Assembly (NCBI GenBank): GCA_007132505.1 | Contig: SLOM01000150.1 | Location: 1 to 45,574 of the forward strand | Source: Candidatus Sumerlaeota bacterium | Lineage (GTDB): Bacteria; Sumerlaeota; Sumerlaeia; SLMS01 | Direction: 5' to 3' | DNA length: 45,574 nt | In this document: positions 8,384 through 17,772 of the stretch, in pieces | Layout of the letters: each line of letters starts with the position of its first letter | Numbering within the stretch: the stretch's first letter is position 1 | Made by a program: the position numbers and the translations under genes | The notes under the pieces: generated by a model | The model's database searches: none | The model's input: only the letters and a program-made list of their open reading frames with translations | Told to the model about the DNA's origin: nothing

Positions 8384-9763
8384 GTGATGATTCCGCCCGC
8401 CAGGGGAAAACGCAAACCGCCATGCTGCGTGCTGCTTGCCGGCGCGCTGGTGTTGCTGCCTGTGTTCCTCTTTGGGGCGTTCTCGCTTGCGAGGGAGGTG
8501 CAGCTTTACGGCTCGATCCCGAACGCCTGGTTCGACATGGACGTGAGCCGGGTCGTGGACGACTGGACGTCCTGGGAAGGGTCGGACCGGGCCCGGGCAC
8601 ATCCGCTCTACAAATTCATCGCGCTGGCCGGCATTCCGGTGAACGAGCTCTTCTTTGGCGGCGAGGACCGGGACGCGGCGGGGAAGATACTCTCCGTGGG
8701 CATGATGACACTGGCAGCGGTCATGGCGGGCTGGCTGACGTGGTTGATCACGGGAGGGAGCCGGCGCGCGGCCGCGGTGGCCATGGCGCTCTTTGCCGCG
8801 TCGTACAGCACACTCCTGCTGGCGAGCTTTCCAGACAGTGCATCCGCCTCCGCCTTTACCTCCCTGCTTCCGTACATCTTCCTTTTCCATCGCTTGGGTC
8901 GTGGTTTCCGGTGGTGGGAGGGTGTCGTGTGGATCCTGGTCGGACTCGTGTGCTTCGGCATCACGGTGAGCCAGCTGATGCACTGGGTCCTTGCGCTGGC
9001 GTATCGTCTATACGCAGTCTTCCATGAGGAGGACGTCCGCGCGCGGCCACTCCCGCTCGGGAAGACACTCGGGGCGCTGGTGGGACTCCTCCTGGTTCTC
9101 TGGGCGGCGGCCTATCTCGCAATGGCGGCAAAGGAGGTTGTGTTCAAGGGGGCGGAGAAACACTATCGGTTTGACCGCATCGTGGAGCGGGAACTGCGCT
9201 TCGTGGAGACGGAGGAACTGCTTGAGGAGCCCGCCCGGCGGCTGGTGATTCTGGGGAGGCACTTCACGCTCTACAATTTCGTGTCACCGGAACCGGTCCT
9301 GAGCGAATGGTATCACCGGGACAGGCCGGAGCGGCTGTTCACCTCGCTCAGCATCCGGGAGGAGAACCTGAAGCAATGGCCCCCGTGGGCAATGCCGCTG
9401 CTGGCCTCGCAGATCGTGCTGCTGGTGCTTCTGGTGAGGTGGCACCGGATCAGCGCGCCGCTGCTGTTGCTCTGGCTCGCTGTGCTTTCCCAGTTTGGGA
9501 TGCACTATCTGTACGGGCGGGAGTTCATTATCTACTCGCCGAACTGGCACACTCTGCTTGTCGTGATTATTGCGGCGATTCTTTCGCCGAAGCTTTCGTC
9601 CGGAAGCGGCGTTTTCAAGGGCTGGCTTGCGCTGCACGTGATTGCGTTGCTGCTCTTCAATCTATACAGCCTGAACCGCGCCATCATTGTCTTTGAAACG
9701 GACTACCCGAAGGACCGGGTCATGGAGAGGAAAGAGGAGTACCGCGAGGCGGGGATGTATTGA
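8384..9763 (+). CDS. Polytopic membrane protein, possibly a GT-C-like glycosyltransferase
   Basis: About 10 hydrophobic segments. WFDMD...RAHPLY in the first loop and YGREFIIYSPNW late, a GT-C-like layout. Follows the ArnT-like gene. Confidence 0.6.
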   Translation: MMIPPARGKRKPPCCVLLAGALVLLPVFLFGAFSLAREVQLYGSIPNAWFDMDVSRVVDDWTSWEGSDRARAHPLYKFIALAGIPVNELFFGGEDRDAAGKILSVGMMTLAAVMAGWLTWLITGGSRRAAAVAMALFAASYSTLLLASFPDSASASAFTSLLPYIFLFHRLGRGFRWWEGVVWILVGLVCFGITVSQLMHWVLALAYRLYAVFHEEDVRARPLPLGKTLGALVGLLLVLWAAAYLAMAAKEVVFKGAEKHYRFDRIVERELRFVETEELLEEPARRLVILGRHFTLYNFVSPEPVLSEWYHRDRPERLFTSLSIREENLKQWPPWAMPLLASQIVLLVLLVRWHRISAPLLLLWLAVLSQFGMHYLYGREFIIYSPNWHTLLVVIIAAILSPKLSSGSGVFKGWLALHVIALLLFNLYSLNRAIIVFETDYPKDRVMERKEEYREAGMY

Positions 9764-10412
9764 CAGCCATCAGTTCCGCGAACTGTGCGTCGCGGTGACG
9801 GGCCAGCAGCAACTCACCAGCCTCGACCAGCTCTCCCTCAACAACGGCGGCATCCACGAAGGCATGGGGCCTGAGGGGTATCTCCTCCTCGGCAGCAGCT
9901 TCGGCCAGGCCGGAGGTCCAGCCGTCCACAAGCGCGATGCCGCGCCGGCTTTGCAGTTCCGTGAGAAGCAGCGGAGCGCGGACGGCAAGAAGCGCACTGC
10001 CGAGGCCGGGCATATCCTCCCTGCCCGTCCACACGGCGCGCGGCGGAAGCAGAGGGTCCAGTTCCAGCGGAAGCTCGGCGGCAGAGTCCGGCAGGAGCCG
10101 CTGCATTGGCAAAAGGCCTTCAAGATTCCAGATGGCGCCCGCAGGGACGAGACTTCCGAGCGGCGCCTCCTCCGCTGAGGCGGAAGCAGCCCGGGCCACG
10201 GAGACCATGGCCTTTGCGCCGCGCCGTGCCGCCAGCCGCGCACCGGCATAGGCCATGTCGGCACCCTCCGTCACGAGATAGACGGCGGCGGGCTGGCCCA
10301 GCCAGTTGCCCCGGTGCAGGTGGAATGGTCCGTCCACCTCCGGCGTCCCGGAGGTGAAGGCCCGGGCAATGGCCAGGGCATCCTCCGGCGTGCCGGCGAA
10401 AAAGGCGATCAT
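9720..10412 (-). CDS. Nucleoside phosphorylase/MTA-SAH nucleosidase-fold hypothetical protein (divergent)
   Basis: MIAFFAGTPED, HRGNWLGQPAAVYLVTEGADMAYAGA, APLGSLV and ALVDGWTSGLAEAA follow the PNP_UDP_1 pattern. ATGA overlap with the upstream TPR gene. Confidence 0.55.
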   Translation of the reverse strand: MIAFFAGTPEDALAIARAFTSGTPEVDGPFHLHRGNWLGQPAAVYLVTEGADMAYAGARLAARRGAKAMVSVARAASASAEEAPLGSLVPAGAIWNLEGLLPMQRLLPDSAAELPLELDPLLPPRAVWTGREDMPGLGSALLAVRAPLLLTELQSRRGIALVDGWTSGLAEAAAEEEIPLRPHAFVDAAVVEGELVEAGELLLARHRDAQFAELMAVNTSPPRGTPLSSP

Positions 10413-11296
10413 GGCTGGCGCACCTCCAGGCGGTGAAGCCACTCGTACAGCTCGTCGGCGCGTTCCGTGTCCAGCCGTGCATTGCGATCGTTCCCAAGCT
10501 CCGTGTGGATGCGCGCACGGGTGCGGAGATTCCGCCAACCATTCGGTTCCTGCACCACGGCGTGGTTTGCGGCGGAAAGGGCGCGATCCGTTTCTCCCAT
10601 TTCGGCCAGGATGTCGGCGCGCACCCGCCAGGCCATTGCATGGGTCCCCTCAAGGCCGATGGCGCGTTCCGAGGCGGCGAGTGCCTCGCGGAACCGTCCG
10701 GCCCGCAGGTGGTAGCGTGCGCGGAGGGCCTCCAGCGTTGCGTCCTCCTCAAGCGCCCGGTCGGCGCGGGCGAGCAACCGCTCCGCCTCCTCCTCGTCAA
10801 ACGTCAGGTAAAGGGCGATGAGGAGCAGGTGAGCGTTGTCCGGGAAATGGAGGATCGTGCGGAAGACGTCCTGGCTGACGGCATCGTAGTTCTCGGTCGT
10901 GACGGGCCGGGCCGGGAGGACGGCCATCTGGGCGCCGCCATCCCCGACCTCGAACGGCTGGAGGACGGGCACGATGGCGTCCGCACTGGCTGAGAGGAAA
11001 TACCGTCCGGCTGGCAGTTTGGTGCGCAGGGGCGTGGTGCCGAGCCGGTTGCCGTCCAGCCAGACGTCCATCTGCAGCCGGGCCGCGGATTGAAAGCGGA
11101 CCTCAAAGACGGGGGCTTCATCCGGCGCCTGGAACTCCGCCGGAGGCTCGACCTGCTCGGGCTCCTCCTCCGGTGCGGGGACTTGCTCCGCTGCTTCCGG
11201 AGGCTCGGACACACCCTCCCCGTCGCTCTCCGCCGCGGTGCGCGTGGCCGTGGAGAACAGGACGAGGACAAAGAGAACTGTCAGGTAAAGCCGCAG
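10409..11296 (-). CDS. Exported PEGA-domain plus TPR protein (probable CTG start)
   Basis: Signal-peptide-like LRLYLTVLFVLVLFSTATRTAA. PEGA motif DVWLDGNRLGTTPLRTKLPAGRY. C-terminal TPR helices. Confidence 0.75.
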   Translation of the reverse strand: MRLYLTVLFVLVLFSTATRTAAESDGEGVSEPPEAAEQVPAPEEEPEQVEPPAEFQAPDEAPVFEVRFQSAARLQMDVWLDGNRLGTTPLRTKLPAGRYFLSASADAIVPVLQPFEVGDGGAQMAVLPARPVTTENYDAVSQDVFRTILHFPDNAHLLLIALYLTFDEEEAERLLARADRALEEDATLEALRARYHLRAGRFREALAASERAIGLEGTHAMAWRVRADILAEMGETDRALSAANHAVVQEPNGWRNLRTRARIHTELGNDRNARLDTERADELYEWLHRLEVRQP

Positions 11297-11300
11297 TGTC

Positions 11301-12350
11301 TTACTCCCCGGCCTCGGCCGCTTCGGGTGACGGAGCCCCGCATGCAGTGCGGATTTCCGCCTCGATCTGCTCGAGCAACTCCGGGTTCTGCCGCAGCGTC
11401 TCGCGGGACTTCTCGCGCCCCTGCCCGAGCCGCTCGCCCTTGTAGGAGAACCACGAACCGCTCTTCTCCAGCACATTCATCTGCGCGCCGAGGTCAAGCA
11501 CATCGCCTTCGCGGCTGATGCCCTGTCCGAAGAGGATGTCGAACTCAGCCTCGCGGAAGGGGGAGGCACACTTGTTCTTCACGACGCGCGCACGCACCCG
11601 GTTGCCGACGTCGGTGCCTGCTTCCTTGATGCTGCCGATGCGGCGCACATCAATGCGGACCGAGGAGTAGAACTTGAGGGCGCGTCCGCCGGTGGTGGTC
11701 TCCGGGCTTCCGAACATCACGCCGATCTTCTCGCGGATCTGGTTGATGAAGACCACGAGGGTGTGGCTGTTGCTGATGGCGCCGGTGAGCTTCCGCAATG
11801 CCTGGCTCATCAGGCGGGCGTGCACGCCGACGAAGCTGTCCCCAATCTCGCCTTCGATTTCTGCGCGGGGGACGAGAGCCGCCACCGAATCAATCACGAT
11901 GACGTCCACGCCGTTCGAGCGCACGAGCGTCTCGCAGATGTCGAGCGCCTGTTCGCCGTTGTCCGGCTGGCTGATGAGCAGTTCGTCCAGATTGACGCCC
12001 AGCGCGGCACAATAGCGCGGATCGAGCGCGTGCTCGGCATCAATGACGGCCGCGGTGCCACCCTGCTTCTGCGCGTTGGCCAGGATGTGAAGCGCGAGGG
12101 TTGTCTTTCCGCTCGATTCCGGCCCGTAGATTTCCACCACGCGCCCGCGCGGGAAACCCCAGATGCCAAGCGCCCGGTCCAGCGAAATGGAGCCGCTGGG
12201 AATGGCCGGGATCTCCTGATCCGCGCGCTCCCCGTAGCGCATGATTACCCCGTCGCCGTGATTGCGGCGAATCTGCGTGAGCGCCAACTGGAGGGATTTT
12301 TCCCGTCCGCCCGCCGTGGCCGTTTTGCCATCCTTGGTCGAAGAAGCCAT
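11301..12350 (-). CDS. recA: Recombinase RecA
   Basis: [63 protein letters not shown]. Confidence 0.99.
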   Translation of the reverse strand: MASSTKDGKTATAGGREKSLQLALTQIRRNHGDGVIMRYGERADQEIPAIPSGSISLDRALGIWGFPRGRVVEIYGPESSGKTTLALHILANAQKQGGTAAVIDAEHALDPRYCAALGVNLDELLISQPDNGEQALDICETLVRSNGVDVIVIDSVAALVPRAEIEGEIGDSFVGVHARLMSQALRKLTGAISNSHTLVVFINQIREKIGVMFGSPETTTGGRALKFYSSVRIDVRRIGSIKEAGTDVGNRVRARVVKNKCASPFREAEFDILFGQGISREGDVLDLGAQMNVLEKSGSWFSYKGERLGQGREKSRETLRQNPELLEQIEAEIRTACGAPSPEAAEAGE

Positions 12351-12402
12351 AACACTATCCCGTGGTGTAAGGTCGCGGTTGCCCTGCCGGCAGCGTTCAC
12401 CG

Positions 12403-12432
12403 ATGGAAGCGGTTGGACGCGGGCGGTGTCAA
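12403..12432 (-). promoter_or_regulatory. Putative sigma70 promoter of recA
   Basis: TTGACA-N18-TTCCAT on the minus strand, about 50 nt upstream of the ATG. Confidence 0.4.
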
Positions 12433-12468
12433 GCAGGAACAGACGAAGAAAAGGCGAAAATTCCCGCC

Positions 12469-13623
12469 GTGCCCCAGCACCCCATACCTCTCACCCAGCC
12501 CACCCTTGACGAGGAGGAGGAGCGCGCCGTCCTCCGTGTCCTCCGGTCCCGCTGGGTGACCCAGGGCCCGGAAATCCGGGCCTTTGAAGAGCAGTTCGCC
12601 TGCGCCATCGGCACCTCCCACGCCATCGCGGTGGCGAACGGGACGCTGGCTCTGGAAATCGCTTATGCTGCTTCCGGGCTAGGACCGGGTGACGAGGTCC
12701 TCCTTCCGGCCATCACCTTCGTGGCCTGCTGGAACGCCGTGCTGCGGGCCGGGGCGGTGCCGGTGCTGGCGGATGTGCAGGGCCTCGGGGACCTCACCCT
12801 CTCCCCCGCTTCCGTGGAATCGCTCATCACGGAACGGACCCGGCTGGTCATCACGATGCCCCATGGCGGATTCCCGCCGGACATGCAGGCATTCGAGGAG
12901 CTGTCCCGCCGCCGCGGCGTGACGATCATCGAGGACGCGTGCCACGCGCCGTTGGCGGAACTCAACGGGCGCAGGATCGGGAGCTTCGGTCTGGCCGGAA
13001 CGTGGAGCTTTTACGGCAACAAGAACATGACCACGGGCGAGGGCGGCATGATCACCACCAACGATGCGGCTTTCGCCGAGAAATGCCGGCTGTTGCGAAG
13101 CCACGGCCTGACGTCGGGCACCTGGCAGCGCGAGACCGGAGAGGGGCCCGCGCTCTACGACGTCCTGCAGACGGGAACGAATGCGCGGATGGATGAGTTG
13201 CGCGCCGCGATCGGGCTCGTGCAGCTCGAGAAACTACCCTCCGCCACCGCAGCCCGCCGCCGGAACGCGGAGCACCTGCGGGAGTTGCTCGCACCGCTTG
13301 GTGACCGGGGACTGGAGATTCCCTATGTTCACCACCGGGGCACCTCCGCCCACCATCTCTTCTGCGTGCTTCTCCCCCCGGATGCGGAACGGGAGGCCGT
13401 GATGAGCCGCCTGCGGGAGGAGGGCATCCAGACGTCCGTGCACTACCGTCCGATTTATGAGTTCTCCGCCGCCCGGGGCATTCACGATGAAGAGGAGATG
13501 CGCAGGCGCCTGCCCGTCACGGCGAAGGTGGCGCCCCGGCTGCTGACCCTGCCACTCGGCCCGCGGCAGACGGCAGAGGACAACGAACGCATCGCAGAGG
13601 CGCTCGGCCGCGCACTTGGCTGA
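12469..13623 (+). CDS. DegT/DnrJ/EryC1/StrS PLP-dependent sugar aminotransferase
   Basis: WVTQGP, AVANGTLAL, IIEDACHA, SFYGNKNMTTGEGGM (PLP Lys), GTNARMDE. GTG start inferred. Confidence 0.93.
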   Translation: MPQHPIPLTQPTLDEEEERAVLRVLRSRWVTQGPEIRAFEEQFACAIGTSHAIAVANGTLALEIAYAASGLGPGDEVLLPAITFVACWNAVLRAGAVPVLADVQGLGDLTLSPASVESLITERTRLVITMPHGGFPPDMQAFEELSRRRGVTIIEDACHAPLAELNGRRIGSFGLAGTWSFYGNKNMTTGEGGMITTNDAAFAEKCRLLRSHGLTSGTWQRETGEGPALYDVLQTGTNARMDELRAAIGLVQLEKLPSATAARRRNAEHLRELLAPLGDRGLEIPYVHHRGTSAHHLFCVLLPPDAEREAVMSRLREEGIQTSVHYRPIYEFSAARGIHDEEEMRRRLPVTAKVAPRLLTLPLGPRQTAEDNERIAEALGRALG

Positions 13624-13858
13624 GACCGGCTGCGCGTCATCCTGAGAAGTCGTGTGATGGTTGCGTCCTGCCATTTCTGGCTGAGCTGACACCGCGGTGG
13701 ATGACCGGCGATCCCATGATCCTGCACCCTCCTTCGTAGCGCCGTTGCGTGCTCCCCCCTCTCACAGAACTCACGCCACGACGCAAGGTTGCCTGTTGAT
13801 CCAACAGATTCTCAGAGATGCTGCCTGACTCATACCCGTGGACTGGTCATCAATCCCC

Positions 13859-13960
13859 ATCGGCGTGAATCGGCAGAATCGGCGGATGTTTGCCTCTGAA
13901 CGGAGCGAGCCGCCCCGCCGAACAGCAGAACGGAGACTCCCTGTCATTCGGTCTGCACCC
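13859..13960. repeat. 102-bp dispersed intergenic repeat, copy 2
   Basis: Ungapped match to 55-156. Hairpin TCGGCGG...CCGCCGA at 13879-13921 and GCAGA...TCTGC at 13925-13956. Confidence 0.85.
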
Positions 13961-14069
13961 CCGTGTGATGCCCTCTGCATTCGGGCCTTGCCGCAAGGGT
14001 GCCCCGGGTGGACCCTCCGGCTCCCCGGCTAAGGCCCGTCCCCCCACAACCCAGAAGGAGCCTTCTCAC

Positions 14070-15353
14070 TTGCCCAAGCCCACCATTGACGTCCTCGACA
14101 ACGGGGTTCGTGTCCTCTGCGAACCCATGGAGGGGGTGAATTCCGTCTTTGCGGGTTTATGGCTCGCGGTCGGGAGCCGCAACGAGCGCGAGGACGAGGG
14201 CGGCATGACCCACTTCGCGGAGCACCTGCTCTTCAAGGGTTCCGCGCGCCGGCACTGGCGCGACATCTCGCGCGCGATGAACCTCCTCGGCGGGCAGTTC
14301 AACGCCGCAACCTCCACGGACTGGGTGAAGGTTTACACCCGCGTCATCCGGAAGGACCTCGGCGAGGCGTTCGAACTGCTGACGGATCTCTTCCTGCGCT
14401 CCAGCTTCCCCGAGCAGGAGGTGGAACGTGAACGCCAGGTGATCCTCGAGGAAATCGCGATGTACGAGGACATTCCGGAGGACCTTTGCTTCGACCAGTT
14501 CACCCGGGCCCTGTTGCTGCCACACCCCACCGGCCGGCCGGTGCTCGGCGAGCCGGAGCACATCGCCGGCTATACGCGCGAATCGCTCCTGCGCTACTGG
14601 CGGGAGCACACGGTGCCGGGCCGGCTTGTTGTCTCGGCGGCGGGTGCGGTGACGCGTGACGAGCTTCTGGCCCGGGCCGATGCGATGCTCGGGCACCTGA
14701 CCGGCGGGCAAGGACCAGAGCTCCCCGGCGGGGAACCCATCTTCGGCCGGCACGAACGCGTCCTGCTCGAACGTCCCATCGAGCAGGTCAATTTCTGCCT
14801 CGGTGTGACGGGCCCACGCCCGGACCCGGAGGCGAAGCTGGCCTGGCCGATATACGATACGATCCTCGGCGGAGGGATGGGGTCGCGCCTGTTCGACGAG
14901 GTGCGCGAGAAGCGCGGGCTTGCCTACAGCGTCGGCAGCAGCCTGCAACTGATGAGGGACGGCGGATACCTGATGGTCAGCGGCAGCACCCGCCCGGAAT
15001 CCGCCGCCACGGCGATCGAGGTCTGCCGGGAACAGATACGCGACCTTGCGGACAACGGCCCCACGGACCAGGAATTCGAGACGGCGCTCAGCCTGCTGGA
15101 GCGCGGTCACCTGCTCGCCATGGAACACCCGGGTGTGCGGGCCACGATGAATGCGGAACGGATGCTCTACGGCGTGCCACACTTCGACACGGACGAGATC
15201 CTGGAGAAGCTCCGCACAGCGCAGATGGAGGATGTCCGGGAGGTTGCTCGTGGTGTTGCCGGTTATGGTTCCCCGGCGGGCTGCCTCGTCGGCCCGCTCA
15301 AGGGGGCCACCCGGCTGGAGGAGGTTTTTCCGCCCACCACCGGCGCGGCCTGA
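14070..15353 (+). CDS. M16 (pitrilysin/insulinase) family zinc peptidase
   Basis: GMTHFAEHLLFKG (HxxEH), ERQVILEEI, GGGMGSRLFDEVREKRGLAYSV. AAGGAG RBS before TTG 14070. Confidence 0.95.
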   Translation: MPKPTIDVLDNGVRVLCEPMEGVNSVFAGLWLAVGSRNEREDEGGMTHFAEHLLFKGSARRHWRDISRAMNLLGGQFNAATSTDWVKVYTRVIRKDLGEAFELLTDLFLRSSFPEQEVERERQVILEEIAMYEDIPEDLCFDQFTRALLLPHPTGRPVLGEPEHIAGYTRESLLRYWREHTVPGRLVVSAAGAVTRDELLARADAMLGHLTGGQGPELPGGEPIFGRHERVLLERPIEQVNFCLGVTGPRPDPEAKLAWPIYDTILGGGMGSRLFDEVREKRGLAYSVGSSLQLMRDGGYLMVSGSTRPESAATAIEVCREQIRDLADNGPTDQEFETALSLLERGHLLAMEHPGVRATMNAERMLYGVPHFDTDEILEKLRTAQMEDVREVARGVAGYGSPAGCLVGPLKGATRLEEVFPPTTGAA

Positions 15354-15392
15354 TGCCCGGGGTTACCGGACAAATCGTTCGTCTAGAAAGCT

Positions 15393-16751
15393 TTACCCCG
15401 CTTCGACGCCAAGCTCCTTGAGCCGGCGCTGCAGCGTGCGGCGGGATATCTTCAGCATTTCCGCGGCTCGCGTGCGATTGCCCTCGCAATGGTCGAGGGT
15501 GCGCCGGAGGTATTCCGTCTCCACCTCCTCCAGCGACAGGCCCAGGGGGAAATGCAGGCCTCCGCCAGTGTCCGTCTCGGGCTTGAACATCGAACGGGGG
15601 AGGTCTTCCGGCGTCAGCACGTTGCCGCGAAGGAAGACGAAAGTGTTCTCAAGGACGTTGCTCAGTTCGCGGATGTTTCCCGGCCAATGGTATTTGGTCA
15701 GGACGTCGAGAGCCTCTCGTGAGACTTCGGGAACCTCCCGGTGGTTTTCACGGGCCAGTTCCTCGAGGAAATGGCGGGCAAGCACGGGGATATCCCCCTT
15801 GCGCTGGCGCAATGGCGGAAGGGTGATCGAGACGACGTTGAGGCGGTAGTAGAGGTCCTCGCGGAAGCGCCCGTCCTGTACGTCCTCTGCGAGATCCCGG
15901 TTCGTGGCGGCGAGGATGCGCACGTCCACTGTGATGGTCTCTGTACCGCCAACACGCTGTATTTCCCGGGCTTCGAGGACACGGAGGAGCTTGACCTGCA
16001 TGGAGAGGGGGACCTCGCCGATCTCGTCGAGGAAGATGGTCCCGCCGTGGGCCATTTCAAACCTTCCCTGGCGCCGGCTGACGGCTCCGGTGAAGGCGCC
16101 ACGCTCGTGGCCGAAAAGCTCACTCTCCAGGAGAGTCTCGGGAAGCGCCGCACAGTGCACCGCCACGAAAGGCTTGCGGGCGCGGGGGCTCGCGTGGTGG
16201 AGCGCCTTTGCCAGGACTTCCTTGCCGGTGCCGCTCTCGCCCAGGAGAAGTACGTTGGCGCGGGTGGGGGCGATGAGGCGCACCTGCTCGTAAATACGCT
16301 GCATTTCGGCGGTCTCGCCGACCATGCCGTCCATGCCGAAGCGCCGGCTGACCTGCTCGCGCAGGTTGCGGTTTTCCTGAACGAGGTTGCAGTGCTCCGC
16401 CGCTTTCTCCACGAGGATGCGCAGTTCCTTCACGTTGACCGGCTTGGTGAGGTAATGCCAGGCGCCTTCCTTCAGCGCCTCCACGGCGTTTTCGATCGTC
16501 CCGTAGGCGGTGAGGATGATGACCACGGGCGGCTCGGGGAGCGACGTGGCATGGCGCAGGACTCCCATGCCGTCCAGCCCCTCCATGCGAAGGTCTGTGA
16601 GGACGATGTCTATCTTCTCGGAGTTGAGCACCTGCACGGCCTGTTCGCCGCTCGGTGCGGTGAACAGCTCGTAGTCCGTCCGCTTGAAAGCCATACGGAG
16701 GCCCTCGAGGATTTCCTCCTGATCATCAACCAGCAGCAGGCGAAGATTCAT
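15393..16751 (-). CDS. Sigma-54-dependent response regulator (NtrC/AtoC family)
   Basis: Receiver domain (LLVDD, TDLRM, LTAYG, KP), AAA+ motifs GESGTGKE, GAFTGA and WPGNIREL, Fis-type HTH GNRTRAAEMLKISRRTL. Confidence 0.96.
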   Translation of the reverse strand: MNLRLLLVDDQEEILEGLRMAFKRTDYELFTAPSGEQAVQVLNSEKIDIVLTDLRMEGLDGMGVLRHATSLPEPPVVIILTAYGTIENAVEALKEGAWHYLTKPVNVKELRILVEKAAEHCNLVQENRNLREQVSRRFGMDGMVGETAEMQRIYEQVRLIAPTRANVLLLGESGTGKEVLAKALHHASPRARKPFVAVHCAALPETLLESELFGHERGAFTGAVSRRQGRFEMAHGGTIFLDEIGEVPLSMQVKLLRVLEAREIQRVGGTETITVDVRILAATNRDLAEDVQDGRFREDLYYRLNVVSITLPPLRQRKGDIPVLARHFLEELARENHREVPEVSREALDVLTKYHWPGNIRELSNVLENTFVFLRGNVLTPEDLPRSMFKPETDTGGGLHFPLGLSLEEVETEYLRRTLDHCEGNRTRAAEMLKISRRTLQRRLKELGVEAG

Positions 16752-16790
16752 AGACCGGGACTCTCCATAATACAGAATCGGGCGGGGCAG

Positions 16791-17600
16791 TCATCGCACC
16801 GGGCCGGAGGGAGGGAGCTCCTCCACCTCACGATCCTCAATAGTGAGGGGGCCGAGTGTGGGCATGTCCGGTTCGGCACCCAGGCCGCTGAATCGCTGCG
16901 CCGCGAATTCATCCGGCGAAAGGATCCCGCCGCTGATGATGATCCGGGCGCCCTGTTCCACAGGGATGTTCGTGTCATACACGTCCTCCGATGGGACAAA
17001 CAGGAGGAAGCCGGACGTGGGGTTTGGCGTGGTGGGAAGGAAGATGGTGACCAGCACGGTGCCGTCCGGTTTCTTCGTTACTTCGCTTGTGGCGAAGCCG
17101 ATCACCCAGACCCCCCGGCGTGGATACTCGAAGAGTACAACGCGCTTGAACGAGTCCTTTCGCGACATCGTGAAGGTCTGCAACACCTCCTTCGGCGTGT
17201 TGTAGAAGAACTTCACGATGGGAACCTGGCTGACGAGCTTCTCGAGCAGATTGATCAGTTTCTTGATGGCGAAGAAGGTGGAGCCCCAGCCGATGAGGAA
17301 GATGACCACCAGCGCCAGGATGAAGGACACCAGGTACCGGACGGCGGTGACCAGCGGGTCTTCCTTGCTCCAGGTGTCGTCAATCAGGGTGAAGGTCCAG
17401 TTCACCATCCCGCCGAAGAGGAACTCAGTCCCCCGGACGATGAAAGCGACGGCCCAGGCGGCGATCAGGGCCGGGATCAGCACGATCAAGCCGGTCAGGA
17501 AGACACGCCGGACCTGCTCCCACGTGGTGGGGTGTTTCTTGTCATCGTTCTTCCGCTTGGTGCCAAAGGCTCTGGCATGCTTGCCAAAGATCGGCTTCAC
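16791..17600 (-). CDS. DUF502 family membrane protein
   Basis: FLTGLIVLIP, VPIVKFFY, KRVVLFEYPRRG, FLPTTPNPTSGFL, IISGG. GGGAG RBS before GTG 17600. Confidence 0.9.
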   Translation of the reverse strand: MKPIFGKHARAFGTKRKNDDKKHPTTWEQVRRVFLTGLIVLIPALIAAWAVAFIVRGTEFLFGGMVNWTFTLIDDTWSKEDPLVTAVRYLVSFILALVVIFLIGWGSTFFAIKKLINLLEKLVSQVPIVKFFYNTPKEVLQTFTMSRKDSFKRVVLFEYPRRGVWVIGFATSEVTKKPDGTVLVTIFLPTTPNPTSGFLLFVPSEDVYDTNIPVEQGARIIISGGILSPDEFAAQRFSGLGAEPDMPTLGPLTIEDREVEELPPSGPVR

Positions 17601-17772
17601 GTGAGGGGACTCCCGTAAAGGAGATGATTCGCGGCGTTCGGATGTCCGTGCAGGTTCGGGCTCCGAAAGCGAGGAAACAGTAGTGAAGCCTCCAACAGGA
17701 GAGCAAGGGCGGAGCGCCGGGTGGGAGCTTCGCGCGCTCCATCCCGATGGTTCCCGGGCAGGTGTCTTCCGC

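Noticed and set aside
7094-8983. Long antisense ORFs (3173..4708, 7094..8983, 15741..17618, 17597..19156, 19193..20890, 41786..43672 and others)
   Set aside because: These are shadow frames of well-supported genes. Stop codons are scarce in high-GC DNA and the translations show no family motifs.
12351-12468. LexA/SOS box upstream of recA
   Set aside because: No match to CTGT-N8-ACAG, GAAC-N4-GTTC or GTTC-N7-GTTC. A lineage-specific box cannot be excluded.
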